From a virus (taxonomy: Duplodnaviria; Heunggongvirae; Uroviricota; Caudoviricetes), in the IMG/VR virus record IMGVR_UViG_2778261162_000007: a stretch of 47,425 nucleotides of DNA, one strand, 5' to 3'. The position numbers were made by a program, and so were the translations under genes. The notes beneath the pieces were generated by a model. The model worked only from the letters and a program-made list of their open reading frames with translations. It ran no database searches and was not told the DNA's origin. Positions 18,810 through 28,791 of the stretch are shown here, piece by piece. Numbering within the stretch: position 1 is the first letter of the stretch; each line of letters opens with the position of its first letter.

Positions 18810-19109
18810 ATGATGGAAAAAACAAAAAACAAACCGATTGTAATTGGTGCTGATGCTGCTCCGTTTAAGTTTGAGTTGTCTCAACTGGTGGAGATGCGCA
18901 TCAGTGATGAATGGGGGGAGGTTAAAGCCCGCGCGCAGTATGCGGATGGCGAAAACCAGTACTTGATCCACTACAAAGCAGCTGATGGTCGCGCCACGAC
19001 GGAGTGGTTTGGTGAGTCAATGCTGGAAGCAACAGAAGATGATTGTCATCCTGGTTGTCCGGTATTTGCCGGTATGAAATTACCGGAAGGCGCAGTTGTT
19101 ACTGAGTAA
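18810..19109 (+). CDS. Hypothetical protein
   Basis: ORF with CAGGAGA RBS; no recognisable motif. Confidence 0.35.
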   Translation: MMEKTKNKPIVIGADAAPFKFELSQLVEMRISDEWGEVKARAQYADGENQYLIHYKAADGRATTEWFGESMLEATEDDCHPGCPVFAGMKLPEGAVVTE

Positions 19110-19232
19110 CAGGCATTACAGCAGCCCTTCAGTGTGAGGGGCTGCGATAATGTCAAAGCTCGTTATCAGCACCCGCCGCGCACCCAGCGCACTGGCCGAT
19201 AGCGGGCTTTTTTATTCATAAAGCGAGGCTGT

Positions 19233-20021
19233 ATGAGCGAGAAATTGAAGATCGTCTATCGCCCGTTGCAAAAACTGTCTCCGTATGCGCACAACGCCAG
19301 GACACACAGCCCTGAGCAGGTGGCACAACTGGTAGAAAGCATTAAGCAATTCGGCTGGACCAATCCGGTGCTGATTGACGAAAAGGGCGAAATTATTGCT
19401 GGTCACGGTCGCGTGATGGCGGCTGAGGTGCTCAAAATGGATTCTGTTCCGGTCATTGTTCTGTCTGGCCTGACGGATGATCAGAAAAAGGCGTACCGCC
19501 TGGCAGATAATCGCCTGCCGCTCAACGCTGGCTGGGATGAAGAACTGTTACGGGTGGAACTGTCGGAGCTAATCAATGCTGATTTTGATATCTCCCTGAC
19601 AGGATTCAGCCCAACAGAAATTGATGAACTGTTGATGGAAGTTTTGCCAGGTACCGGAAATGAGGAGGAGCAGTATACGACGAAAATTGATACGCCTGTT
19701 TATGAGCCGTCGGGCGATAAACCGGATATCAGTGAACTGTACGACGATACGAAAACTCAGGAGCTGATCAGCCGGATACGTTCGGCGTCCCTTGAGCCTG
19801 ATATCGAAAAATTCCTCCTGTGCGCGGCAGAACGCCACACGGTGTTTAATTTCAGCAGAATTGCGGATTATTACGCTCACGCCCCCGCTGAAATTCAGCG
19901 CCTTTTTGAGGAGTCGGCGCTGGTGATCATTGATTATCAGCAGGCTATTGAAAATGGATTTGTCCGGATGACGCAGCACATGGTGGAGAGCATGCATGGC
20001 GGGGAGGAGGAATATGCGTGA
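19233..20021 (+). CDS. ParB-like nuclease domain protein
   Basis: N-terminal ...PNARTHSPEQVAQLVESIKQFGWTNPVLIDEKGEIIAGHGRVMAA..., a ParB N-terminal (ParB/Srx) pattern. Confidence 0.7.
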   Translation: MSEKLKIVYRPLQKLSPYAHNARTHSPEQVAQLVESIKQFGWTNPVLIDEKGEIIAGHGRVMAAEVLKMDSVPVIVLSGLTDDQKKAYRLADNRLPLNAGWDEELLRVELSELINADFDISLTGFSPTEIDELLMEVLPGTGNEEEQYTTKIDTPVYEPSGDKPDISELYDDTKTQELISRIRSASLEPDIEKFLLCAAERHTVFNFSRIADYYAHAPAEIQRLFEESALVIIDYQQAIENGFVRMTQHMVESMHGGEEEYA

Positions 20022-20946
20022 TGATTTTTGCGCCTTTATTCTGACTCACGGGCGACCGGACAAAGTTCTGACTTACCGGACGTTGCGTCGTGCTGGCTAT
20101 ACCGGGAAAATTTTTATCGTTGTTGATGATGAAGATAAGACACGGCATCAGTACATAGTTGAATTTGGTGAACAGGTGCTGGTGTTTTCCAAAGCCGATA
20201 TAGCCAGTCGTTTTGACGAAGCCGATAATTTCGGTGATCGCCGCTCAATTTTTTACGCCCGTAATGCCTGTTTCGACCTGGCAAAACTGGTCGGGTGTAA
20301 ATACTTCATTCAGCTCGATGATGATTATCACGAGTTCCAGTTTCGGGTGGATCGCAACTATGACCAGGCCTATTTCCCGATAAGAAAACTGGATGCGATC
20401 CTTTCTGAAATGCTGGCGTACTACGAATCAATACCTGCGCTTTCCATCGCTATGTCGCAGGGCGGGGATTTTCTTGGTGACAATGGCGGCCATGCTTCGT
20501 GGGTGAAACGCAAGGCAATGAACAGCTTTATCTGTTCGGTTGATCGACCGTTCTCATTCATGGGGCGCATTAACGAGGATGTGAATACGTACACGAATCT
20601 CGGTCGCTGTGGTGAATTGTTTATGACGATCGGTGCTGTCCAGTTAGGGCAGAAACAGACGCAGAAAAACAGCGGCGGAATGACCGAGCTGTATCTGGAT
20701 TCCGGAACCTACGTTAAAAGTTTTTACTCCGTCATGTATGCGCCCTCGTGCGTAAAAATCTCACTGATGGGGGCCAGCCATAAACGCATTCACCATCAGG
20801 TCACTTGGAACAACGCTGCAGTAAAAATCCTTCACGAAAAATACAGGAAGAAGACACCCTGCATATCAATGGGGGTGACAAATGATTCCGTATTCGAAAG
20901 TCGAGTCTCTGGCAGCGTGCCGGATGACTGCACAACAAATCGCTGA
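20014..20946 (+). CDS. Hypothetical GT-A-fold-like protein (putative nucleotide-sugar transferase)
   Basis: ATG overlaps the ParB-like stop; strong GGGGAGGAGG RBS; FILTHGRPD...IFIVVDDEDK and later QLDDDY resemble a GT2 N-terminal strand plus DxD motifs; no methyltransferase motifs and no TM segment. Confidence 0.4.
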   Translation: MRDDFCAFILTHGRPDKVLTYRTLRRAGYTGKIFIVVDDEDKTRHQYIVEFGEQVLVFSKADIASRFDEADNFGDRRSIFYARNACFDLAKLVGCKYFIQLDDDYHEFQFRVDRNYDQAYFPIRKLDAILSEMLAYYESIPALSIAMSQGGDFLGDNGGHASWVKRKAMNSFICSVDRPFSFMGRINEDVNTYTNLGRCGELFMTIGAVQLGQKQTQKNSGGMTELYLDSGTYVKSFYSVMYAPSCVKISLMGASHKRIHHQVTWNNAAVKILHEKYRKKTPCISMGVTNDSVFESRVSGSVPDDCTTNR

Positions 20947-21133
20947 CGTTCTGGATGTTGATCTGAACCGACTGAAAGAAAATCGGGAAGCAATGACAGA
21001 TTTTTACGCATCCATCCGTAAGGGCAGAGCGAAAGGTGAAGCCGAACTACGGGCGGCATTGTTTAAGCTTGCCAGAAAAGGGGATGCCTTTGCCCTGCGT
21101 GAACTACTCAGGGTGGATAAAAATCAGGACTAA
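20882..21133 (+). CDS. Hypothetical small protein upstream of terS
   Basis: 83-aa ORF overlapping the end of the upstream gene; the true start may be the internal MTAQQIADVL. Confidence 0.3.
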   Translation: MIPYSKVESLAACRMTAQQIADVLDVDLNRLKENREAMTDFYASIRKGRAKGEAELRAALFKLARKGDAFALRELLRVDKNQD

Positions 21134-21136
21134 CTA

Positions 21137-22228
21137 ATGAGCAGACCGGACTGGGGGGCGTTGCAGCAGGAATATATTGCTGAATACACCCGCTCCGGTG
21201 TATCTCCGGTGGCATGGTGTGAGGCAAGGGGACTGAATTACGCAACAGCCCGTCGTTACATCAAAAAACCTCCGAAAAATGCGCAGACAGAAATGCGCAA
21301 AACTGCGCAACAAAGTGCGCAGAAAAAATCTGCGCAGACTGCGCAAAAGCGGAACGGAAAATCTCAGAAAAAAAAGCCAGTATCCGATGCGTGCCTGAAT
21401 GAGGGCGACGCGGAGGAATTTTCGTTCTGCCCCGATGAATTCGGCATTTCTGACCAGCAGGCTAAGTTTGCGATGCTTGTTGCTCAGGGGAAAAAGCCGA
21501 CAGAGGCATACCGACTGGCTGGTTATGAGGGGCAAGGTGCGACAGCTAACAGCAACGCCAGCCGTATGCTTAGAAATGCCAGGGTTTATCGTGCTATCAG
21601 CTACTTCCGCAATCAGTATCAGAAACGCTATACCGCAGACCTGGATTTACTGGTGAGTCAGTTGATGGCTATTGTCCAGGCCGACCCCAATCAGTTGGCA
21701 CAATTTCGCCGTGTTAACTGCCGTTATTGCTGGGGCGAGAATCATCTCTACCAGTGGCGTGATATTGCAGAATTCGATAAGGCAGCGGCACAGGCCTCCA
21801 GAGATGGCAAACCCGAGCCGGAATATGGAGGCCTCGGCTTTGTTGATAACGCCATACCCAATCCGGATTGTCCGAAGTGCTGCGGTGAGGGAACGGGACA
21901 GCTTTATATGGCTGATACCACTCTGCTTGATGGGGATGTGCGACAATTATATGCAGGGGCAAAGCTCGGGAAATTTGGTGTTGAGATCCTGCTGGAGGAT
22001 AAGGCTGCCGCCCGGCGCGAACTTATCAAGCTGATAATGGCGACGAAAGGAAGTTCTGCTGGTGGTGCAACTGACAGTCGCAATGATCTGGAGCTTGAAG
22101 GACTGAGGCTTCGCAACGAAAAGCTGCGCACTGAGATTGAAAACCTCAAAAAAGGCGTGGGTGGTGAGAATAACGAAATAATTATCCACAACTCTCTGCC
22201 GATGCCGGGAGTGGATAATGTCGATTGA
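21137..22228 (+). CDS. Terminase small subunit
   Basis: Central ...QQAKFAMLVAQGKKPTEAYRLAGYEGQGATANSNASRMLRNARVYRAI matches the small-terminase HTH pattern; immediately upstream of the large terminase. Confidence 0.7.
   Translation: MSRPDWGALQQEYIAEYTRSGVSPVAWCEARGLNYATARRYIKKPPKNAQTEMRKTAQQSAQKKSAQTAQKRNGKSQKKKPVSDACLNEGDAEEFSFCPDEFGISDQQAKFAMLVAQGKKPTEAYRLAGYEGQGATANSNASRMLRNARVYRAISYFRNQYQKRYTADLDLLVSQLMAIVQADPNQLAQFRRVNCRYCWGENHLYQWRDIAEFDKAAAQASRDGKPEPEYGGLGFVDNAIPNPDCPKCCGEGTGQLYMADTTLLDGDVRQLYAGAKLGKFGVEILLEDKAAARRELIKLIMATKGSSAGGATDSRNDLELEGLRLRNEKLRTEIENLKKGVGGENNEIIIHNSLPMPGVDNVD
21280..21345. repeat. Cluster of six palindromic TGCGCA hexamers inside terS (candidate pac/TerS-binding site)
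   Basis: TGCGCA at about 21280, 21294, 21304, 21316, 21331 and 21340, spaced 9-15 bp. Confidence 0.5.
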
Positions 22229-23546
22229 AATCTACCTCCCAAAACCTCATGAGGGGCAAATAGCTGCATGGACGGCGGCAATAGAGGAACGCTTCCACGC
22301 GGTATGCTGTGGTCGTCGCTGGGGTAAAACGGTGATGCTGGTAAACATCGCTACCAGTTTCGCTACGCGGAAATTTGCCGTTCCTACCACCGGGCAACTT
22401 ATCGCGGGTAGGGTGGGGATTTTTACCGCACAATACCGCCAGTACCAGGAAATCTGGGATGAAATTAGCGCCGTTCTGCAACCGCTGATCCTCAGCCAGT
22501 CAAAAAATGAAAAGCGCATTATTCTCCGTAATGGGGGGCGCATCGACTTTTGGGTAACGGACAATAACAAACTGGCCGGGCGTGGGCGTAAATATCACGC
22601 TGTGCTGATTGATGAGGCAGCATTCACTAAATCGCCGGAAATGCTCGAGGAAATCTGGCCCCGAGCTATACGCCCGACGCTTGTCGATTACCGCGGCTGT
22701 GCGTGGGTATTTTCCACACCAAACGGTATCGACGAGAGCAATTTTTTCTACGCGATATGCCACGATGAATCCCTGGGATTTGTCATGCACCATGCGCCAA
22801 CTTCATCGAATCCGTATATTCCGAAAGAAGAACTGGAGGAAACGGAGAAGAAATCCGATCCGCGCGTCTGGCAGCAGGAATATCTTGCCGAGTTCGTGGA
22901 CTGGTCCAAAGACGCGTTACTCGATGTCGATAAGCTGCTGGTGGACGGTCAGCCGATTGAGATGCCGCCGTACTGCGACATGATTTTCGCAGTGATGGAT
23001 ACGGCGCTGAAAGGCGGGACCGAAAATGATGGTACTGGCGTGTTGTATTTCGCTTATGAGTCAACGTATTCGGAAGAGCCAAAACTGACGATTATTGACT
23101 GGGATGTTACGCAAATTAAAGCGTCATTGCTTCCTGAATATATCCCCGGCGTTTATGACAACCTTGAGCGCCTCGCGAAATTATGCCGTCCGCGTCTGGG
23201 CAGCCAGGGAATTTTTATGGAAGACGCCGCGATGGGGGCAATCCTCAACCAGAAGGCGGAAACCGAAGGCTGGGATATGACGCCGATTAAATCGGCACTA
23301 ACCAGCAAGGGCAAAGACGAACGGGCGGTGATGGCATCCAGCTACCACTATCAGGGGATGTGCAAAATCGTCCGGGAGGCTTACGACAAGACCGTTTCAT
23401 TCAAGCGCACCACCGCAAACCACCTCATAAAACAAATCGCCGGATTCCACCTGGCGGATAAAGACGCGCATAAACGTGCTGATGACCTTTTCGATTGTTA
23501 CACCTATGGATTGATCATCGCGCACGGTAATTACGCGGAGTTGTAA
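22218..23546 (+). CDS. Terminase large subunit
   Basis: Walker A-like CGRRWGKT near the N-terminus; 442 aa; position. Confidence 0.88.
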   Translation: MSIEIYLPKPHEGQIAAWTAAIEERFHAVCCGRRWGKTVMLVNIATSFATRKFAVPTTGQLIAGRVGIFTAQYRQYQEIWDEISAVLQPLILSQSKNEKRIILRNGGRIDFWVTDNNKLAGRGRKYHAVLIDEAAFTKSPEMLEEIWPRAIRPTLVDYRGCAWVFSTPNGIDESNFFYAICHDESLGFVMHHAPTSSNPYIPKEELEETEKKSDPRVWQQEYLAEFVDWSKDALLDVDKLLVDGQPIEMPPYCDMIFAVMDTALKGGTENDGTGVLYFAYESTYSEEPKLTIIDWDVTQIKASLLPEYIPGVYDNLERLAKLCRPRLGSQGIFMEDAAMGAILNQKAETEGWDMTPIKSALTSKGKDERAVMASSYHYQGMCKIVREAYDKTVSFKRTTANHLIKQIAGFHLADKDAHKRADDLFDCYTYGLIIAHGNYAEL

Positions 23547-23560
23547 AAATCAGGATATTT

Positions 23561-25000
23561 TTGATGGCAGAGATCGAGATTACTGGCGGCCTCGGTTCAG
23601 CACTGATGCATATTCTTGAGGCTGAAGAAATTCAGCCGGGAACCGACATTGGCTATGAATTGTGTAAGCAGCTGTGGCAATTCCATCCTCTGGGCGGAAA
23701 ACTTGTCGAAAAACCCATACTTATGGCGATGTGTAAGCCGCGTCAGTACAACGTGGAGACAGACCCTGACGAGCGGGTTGTGCGGCGTTTCCAGGAGGTA
23801 TGGGAACGTATGAAGGTTAACGAGAAGATTAAAAATCTGTTTTTTCTGTCTCGTTGCTACGGTGCCGCAGCGATCGGCGTGGGCACCGACAGTGTTCCAT
23901 GTCGTGAGCCGCTTCCGACATTCGGACTGACAGAAGATGATGTGTATATCAACGCGTGGGACCCGTTGAACGCTTCTGGTTCGATGGTGACTGACCAGAA
24001 CCCAAACAGCCCGTTTTTCCAGGAAGCCAATAAAAAGCTGAAGATTGGCGGAAAAGACTGGCATCCGTCACGCACACTGAAAATTTTCAATGGCACACCG
24101 ATTTATCTGGAGTTTCAGAGTTCATCGTTCGGATTCACCGGGCGAAGCGTGTTTCAGCGCGTTCTTTATTCCCTGAAATCCTATATCAATACGATGGAGG
24201 CGAATGATCTCGTCAGCCAGAAGGCAGGCGTGCTGGTGGCTAAAGTTGTGCAGTATGGTTCGAAACTTGACGGGATCATGGCTGCCGCCACGGGACGAAA
24301 AAGGGAAAATGTCAAAGAGGCAAAAAATAAAGGTGTGCTTAGTATCGGGAAGGATGAGGACGTTACCTCGCTGAATTTACAAAACATCGATGGCGCGCTA
24401 AATGCCGCCCGCGACAACATTATTTCCGATATTGCATCAGGTAGCGATGTTCCCGCGATTCTCATCAAGGAGGAGGCTTTCTCGAATGGTTTCGGTGAAG
24501 GAACCGAGGACTCGAAAGCCATCAGCCAGTATATCGATGGTGTACGCCAGCAGATTGAACCTGTGATGGATTATTTCGAACGCCTGGTGCAGTACATCGC
24601 CTGGAACGAGGAATTTTATCAGTCGCTGAAAAATGATTACCCGGACATCATAACCGAGGACTATAAAACCACGTTTTACCAGTGGCGGCGCGAGTTTACC
24701 GCGACGTGGCAGGAGCTGGTGGAGGAGTCGCCGGACAAACGCCGGGAAAGCGACAGTAAAGTGATTCAACAGGCGATAGCACTTTTCTCTGCCGTGTCGC
24801 TACAGGTTGATCCTGAAAACCGTGCCGCCGTCACTGAATGGCTGGCAAGCCTTGTTAATGCCACGCAGACCTATGGCGAAGCTCCACTCATCATTGATGT
24901 GGACGCCCTGGCGAATTATGAACCACCGAAGCAGGAGACGCCTGATGGCAATTTCCAGCCGGGCGGGGAGGAAGAAGAAACGGATCAGGACGCTGTATGA
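23561..25000 (+). CDS. Portal protein
   Basis: 479-aa ORF directly after the large terminase; acidic C-terminus. Confidence 0.75.
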   Translation: MMAEIEITGGLGSALMHILEAEEIQPGTDIGYELCKQLWQFHPLGGKLVEKPILMAMCKPRQYNVETDPDERVVRRFQEVWERMKVNEKIKNLFFLSRCYGAAAIGVGTDSVPCREPLPTFGLTEDDVYINAWDPLNASGSMVTDQNPNSPFFQEANKKLKIGGKDWHPSRTLKIFNGTPIYLEFQSSSFGFTGRSVFQRVLYSLKSYINTMEANDLVSQKAGVLVAKVVQYGSKLDGIMAAATGRKRENVKEAKNKGVLSIGKDEDVTSLNLQNIDGALNAARDNIISDIASGSDVPAILIKEEAFSNGFGEGTEDSKAISQYIDGVRQQIEPVMDYFERLVQYIAWNEEFYQSLKNDYPDIITEDYKTTFYQWRREFTATWQELVEESPDKRRESDSKVIQQAIALFSAVSLQVDPENRAAVTEWLASLVNATQTYGEAPLIIDVDALANYEPPKQETPDGNFQPGGEEEETDQDAV

Positions 25001-25778
25001 GGTTCTGACGGATGCCGTTAACTACTACGTAAATCACGGGTGGGATAGCGAAAAATCATTGCTCGAATGGTGCCGGAAACTCCGTGTAGCCGCTCAGCGA
25101 GAAACCCCTGATGATACCGTAGCCAGAAAACATCTCACCGCTATCTACAGCCGTCTTGTCATCGACGGCGGGGCATTACGGGATCAGCCTCCTGACGGCC
25201 CTAAAAAAATCACTGTTGAAAAACTGAAACCTGAGTTTCGCAAGGAACTCGACAGGCGAATTTTCGCCAGTGCCAACCTGATAAAACTCAACCGCGAACA
25301 GGCTATCGAGAAAACCATACAGCGTTTTCAGGGATGGGTTACGTCCATTCCGCCTGACGGGGTGAGCGAAATTGATCGCCGGGAAGTGAAGTCCGGTTTT
25401 CAGAAGTCCGTGAAGGATATGGATTTTATCAGTCGCCGGGTGGCAATTGACCAGGGACATAAGCTGGCGAGCAACGTTAAGTATCTGCTGGCTGTTCAGA
25501 GTGGTGCGATTGCTCTGCGCTGGCATTCTAACTGGCGGCGTCCGGGCTACAAATACCGACAGGACCACAAAGAGCGCGACGAGAAAATTTATCTCCTCCG
25601 CGATTCGTGGGCGCTGGAGCAGGGGCTTATTAAGCCCGTATATGGTTTTTATGACGAAATCACTGCTGCCGGGGAGGAGGTTTATTGCAGTTGCGATGCT
25701 CTGCCGATCTACGCCCCTCAGAAACTACCCGACGAATTTTTAACGGAGAAGGGCAAACGTGAGTTTAACCGAGCTTGA
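24945..25778 (+). CDS. Putative head morphogenesis / minor head protein
   Basis: Follows the portal; AGGAGA RBS before the ATG at 24945, which overlaps the portal 3' end. Confidence 0.45.
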   Translation: MAISSRAGRKKKRIRTLYEVLTDAVNYYVNHGWDSEKSLLEWCRKLRVAAQRETPDDTVARKHLTAIYSRLVIDGGALRDQPPDGPKKITVEKLKPEFRKELDRRIFASANLIKLNREQAIEKTIQRFQGWVTSIPPDGVSEIDRREVKSGFQKSVKDMDFISRRVAIDQGHKLASNVKYLLAVQSGAIALRWHSNWRRPGYKYRQDHKERDEKIYLLRDSWALEQGLIKPVYGFYDEITAAGEEVYCSCDALPIYAPQKLPDEFLTEKGKREFNRA

Positions 25779-27081
25779 AGTGGCAGAACGCATCAGGGAC
25801 GGAACCGTACCGTCTCCGGTGAAATTCTCCAACATGTGGTTGGTGAATTTGCGCATAACCGGAACCGGGCTTGCCTATCGCGCCGGGCTGAAAGAGCACG
25901 TCTGGCGTGATCCAAAGCTCTATCTGAACGAGGAGTTTTTAAGGCGATGCAATGGCCTTCCGGTTATCACAAACCATCCTGACGACGCAGTTCTGACGGA
26001 GGAGGATTTTAAATCGCGGATCGTCGGTAGCGTCATGCTGCCGTATATCCGGGGTGATGAGGTATGGGCGGTGTGCCGCGTTTACCTCCAGAGCATTGTT
26101 GAAGAAATCACTGAGGGGGATGTTTCGACAAGTCCGTCGGTGGTGTTCAACAGCACATCAGGAAATGTGGAAGTACAGGAAGGTGACACCAATTTTTTAA
26201 TCGAGGGCGTTCCTTTCCTGGTTGATCATATCGCCCTGGTGACGAAAGCCCACGGCTCGCTGGGTGTGTGGGATAAAGACCGGATCCCCGCAGGGGTTGA
26301 AGTGACAAACACAGGTGAAATCGAGATGGAAAAAGAAGAACTCCAGGCCCTGTTACAGGGGGTTGTGAGCGATGCCCTGCAAGGCATTAATCAGAAAATC
26401 GATGGTGTCGTTACGCGCATGGACTCACTGGAGCAGCGGGACAAAGCGCGGGCGGATGCCGAAGAACAGGCGAAAAAAGAGGCCGAAGAAAAGGCCAAAG
26501 CCGATGAAGCCGCAGAGGAACAACGTAAAGCTGATGAAGCTGCGGCAAAGGAGGCGGAAGAAAAAGCCAAAGCTGACGAGGCGGCAGCTAAAGACGCTGA
26601 GGAGAAAGCAAAGGCTGATTCCGAAGCGGAAGAACAGCGTAAGGCTGCCGAGGAGGCAGAAAAAGAACGCAATGACTCAGCCCTGGCAGAAGCACAGGCA
26701 AAAGCCGACTCCGCATTCAGTGCCTGCGGTAAAAACGCGCCAGCACCGTTTTCTGGTGAAAATGCGCTGGACTACCGCAAGCGTGCGCTAATCGCTATGC
26801 AGAAACACTCTCCGGCACATAAGGACGTCAATATTCGCGCGATTGCGGATTCTGCAACGCTGGCTGTGCTTGAGGACGCAATTTTCAGTGCCGCCCGTCA
26901 GTCCATCGAAAAAGAAATGATGAGTACGCAGGGGCAACTTCATAAACGTATCCGCAACGATGAAGCCGGACGTCGCATTACTGAATATCAGGGCGATCCG
27001 AACGTCTGGCTGAGTGCTTTCAAAATTCCGGGGCGTCGTCTGGCAAAAATTAACACTCAAGGGAGCCTGAACAATGGCTGA
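25759..27081 (+). CDS. Putative scaffolding protein
   Basis: Central Ala/Glu/Lys-rich coiled-coil repeats (KADEAAAKEAEEKAKADEAAAKDAEEKAKAD...); position between portal/morphogenesis and capsid genes. Confidence 0.5.
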   Translation: MSLTELEVAERIRDGTVPSPVKFSNMWLVNLRITGTGLAYRAGLKEHVWRDPKLYLNEEFLRRCNGLPVITNHPDDAVLTEEDFKSRIVGSVMLPYIRGDEVWAVCRVYLQSIVEEITEGDVSTSPSVVFNSTSGNVEVQEGDTNFLIEGVPFLVDHIALVTKAHGSLGVWDKDRIPAGVEVTNTGEIEMEKEELQALLQGVVSDALQGINQKIDGVVTRMDSLEQRDKARADAEEQAKKEAEEKAKADEAAEEQRKADEAAAKEAEEKAKADEAAAKDAEEKAKADSEAEEQRKAAEEAEKERNDSALAEAQAKADSAFSACGKNAPAPFSGENALDYRKRALIAMQKHSPAHKDVNIRAIADSATLAVLEDAIFSAARQSIEKEMMSTQGQLHKRIRNDEAGRRITEYQGDPNVWLSAFKIPGRRLAKINTQGSLNNG

Positions 27082-27691
27082 TATTAACTTTCATCCGTTT
27101 AAAAACCGTGGAGCATTTGGTGGCCTTTTTAACGTCGAATCCCGTGGGCTGATGCAGGGGGATGCGCAGGATGATCCGGCAATTCGTCTGCAACTTTGCT
27201 CCGGTCGACTGGACAGCAAAATCACTGAACCGGTATGGGGTGGCGTTGGAGTTATGGAGTGCATTGCTCCCGCGAAAGACAGCGTTAACGGCGCGGTAAT
27301 TAAACAAGCCACGAAGGACGCCTGTAACGCCTTTACTGTCTTTAATCAGGCATTTCATGGCATTACCACGCCGGATAATCCGGTGCCGTTATATCTCGCG
27401 GGTGGCTTTGTTCACTATTACCGCGTTGGCTCAGGTTCCCGCATTCCTCTCCCTGTCAGTGCAGAAGTTGTTGCGCTGGCTGATGGAAATAACACCGTTG
27501 CTGCCAGTGGTTTTGTGTGGGATCTGACGAAAAACATGGTTGATGTTTATTCGGGATCACCCGGCGCTAATCCGAAAGTGGATATTAAGCTGCTGATGGT
27601 TTCAGTTGACGGAAACCTGACGGTGAAAAAAGAGGATGGCGGTAACGTTGTCTGGGAAATCGGCAAACCGTGCGGCCTGTTTTTAATTTAA
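27074..27691 (+). CDS. Hypothetical head protein
   Basis: ORF between the scaffold and major capsid genes. Confidence 0.35.
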   Translation: MADINFHPFKNRGAFGGLFNVESRGLMQGDAQDDPAIRLQLCSGRLDSKITEPVWGGVGVMECIAPAKDSVNGAVIKQATKDACNAFTVFNQAFHGITTPDNPVPLYLAGGFVHYYRVGSGSRIPLPVSAEVVALADGNNTVAASGFVWDLTKNMVDVYSGSPGANPKVDIKLLMVSVDGNLTVKKEDGGNVVWEIGKPCGLFLI

Positions 27692-27705
27692 GGGGATATT
27701 AATTA

Positions 27706-28734
27706 ATGAGCGCATTTACTCCTGCGACTACTATTGTGTCGCCGTCAATGGTGCTGCCGGAAATGATCGTGCAACAGAGCATGGCTTCCGGGGCGTTTGA
27801 AGTCCTGGCTGGTGGTGCTCCAGCGGTAAAAATCAGTTCCAGTGATTTGATGGTCTATCAGAAATATCTGCGCATGACCTCGCAGGCGCAGGTCAGCCAG
27901 TCTCTGCCGGGTCAGTTACCGTCTTCCAGTATCTCTGGCGGCTATGACGGAATGATGACTTACCGAATTTCTTCCCGCTCGCAATACAGCTATCTCGATA
28001 CTGATGCAGCAGATCGCTGGGGCTATTCTCTGATTGAAGGCCTGCGCCTGGCTAACCGTCAGGGACACGCTCAAATGTTGCGTAATATGCTGCTGTATGG
28101 CGTGAATGCAGCTAATAACGAGGGGATCACCAACTCCCCGAACGCAGTGACGCTGAATCTGGGCAACGACAGCAAAGGGAATGATTCATATACCACCTGG
28201 GATTCCGGTGAGATGGCTAAATTTATGCTTGGCCTGATTGCTGACCAGAAAACCCGCATGTTGCTGCTGGGGCAGCCATTAACGACTGTTATTCTGAGCC
28301 CACAGCGATTCATGAAGGCGCTGGAGTGGACAGGAATTGTTGAGCTGACCAGTTACCAGCGTCCTGGTGGTGGTACCGGAACGGTGGGAACGATGGTTAA
28401 AGACGTCGCCGATAAGGCGACAGGCGACGACATCATTTTCTGCCAGGATGACACGCTGATCGGTAAAGGCGCTGGTGGTAATGACCTGATCATCGTTACG
28501 AACCCGACGATTGAGGTTCCGGAAGCGCGTCACACCATTAACACCAATATTTTCTCCACGCTGGTACCTAACCAGCAGGCCGTCAACGTGATGTTCTGTG
28601 ATATGGCAGCGCCGACGGAAATTCCGTCCCCTATGCCGGATGGCGGCCTGACCACGTTGTATACGATGCGCGCGACGCCGGGCTGGAACTTCCGCCCTGA
28701 GGGGATCACCCTATTGTCTGCCAAATACGCATAA
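27706..28734 (+). CDS. Putative major capsid protein
   Basis: 342-aa ORF followed by a strong intrinsic terminator, the usual arrangement after a major capsid gene. Confidence 0.55.
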   Translation: MSAFTPATTIVSPSMVLPEMIVQQSMASGAFEVLAGGAPAVKISSSDLMVYQKYLRMTSQAQVSQSLPGQLPSSSISGGYDGMMTYRISSRSQYSYLDTDAADRWGYSLIEGLRLANRQGHAQMLRNMLLYGVNAANNEGITNSPNAVTLNLGNDSKGNDSYTTWDSGEMAKFMLGLIADQKTRMLLLGQPLTTVILSPQRFMKALEWTGIVELTSYQRPGGGTGTVGTMVKDVADKATGDDIIFCQDDTLIGKGAGGNDLIIVTNPTIEVPEARHTINTNIFSTLVPNQQAVNVMFCDMAAPTEIPSPMPDGGLTTLYTMRATPGWNFRPEGITLLSAKYA

Positions 28735-28753
28735 ACGTTCAATCTGATAATGC

Positions 28754-28779
28754 GGGGAGCTAAATGCTCCCCTTTTTTG
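28754..28779 (+). terminator. Intrinsic terminator after the capsid gene
   Basis: GGGGAGC-taaat-GCTCCCC hairpin followed by TTTTTTG. Confidence 0.55.
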
Positions 28780-28791
28780 TGGGAAAAATTT

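Noticed and set aside
19190-19216. Possible intrinsic terminator before the ParB-like gene
   Set aside because: Only short stems (CCAG...CTGG, GCC...GGC) ahead of the T-run; too weak to call.
21399-22281. Several overlapping plus- and minus-strand ORFs (85-125 aa) across terS and the start of terL
   Set aside because: All embedded within or antisense to the terminase genes; the terminase frames carry the recognisable motifs.
26372-26791. Lys/Arg-rich 139-aa ORF in an alternative frame of the scaffold gene
   Set aside because: Artefact of the GAA/GCN/AAA-rich codon repeats of the scaffold coiled-coil region read out of frame; a 93-aa minus-strand Ala/Ser-rich ORF at 26391..26672 is the same artefact.
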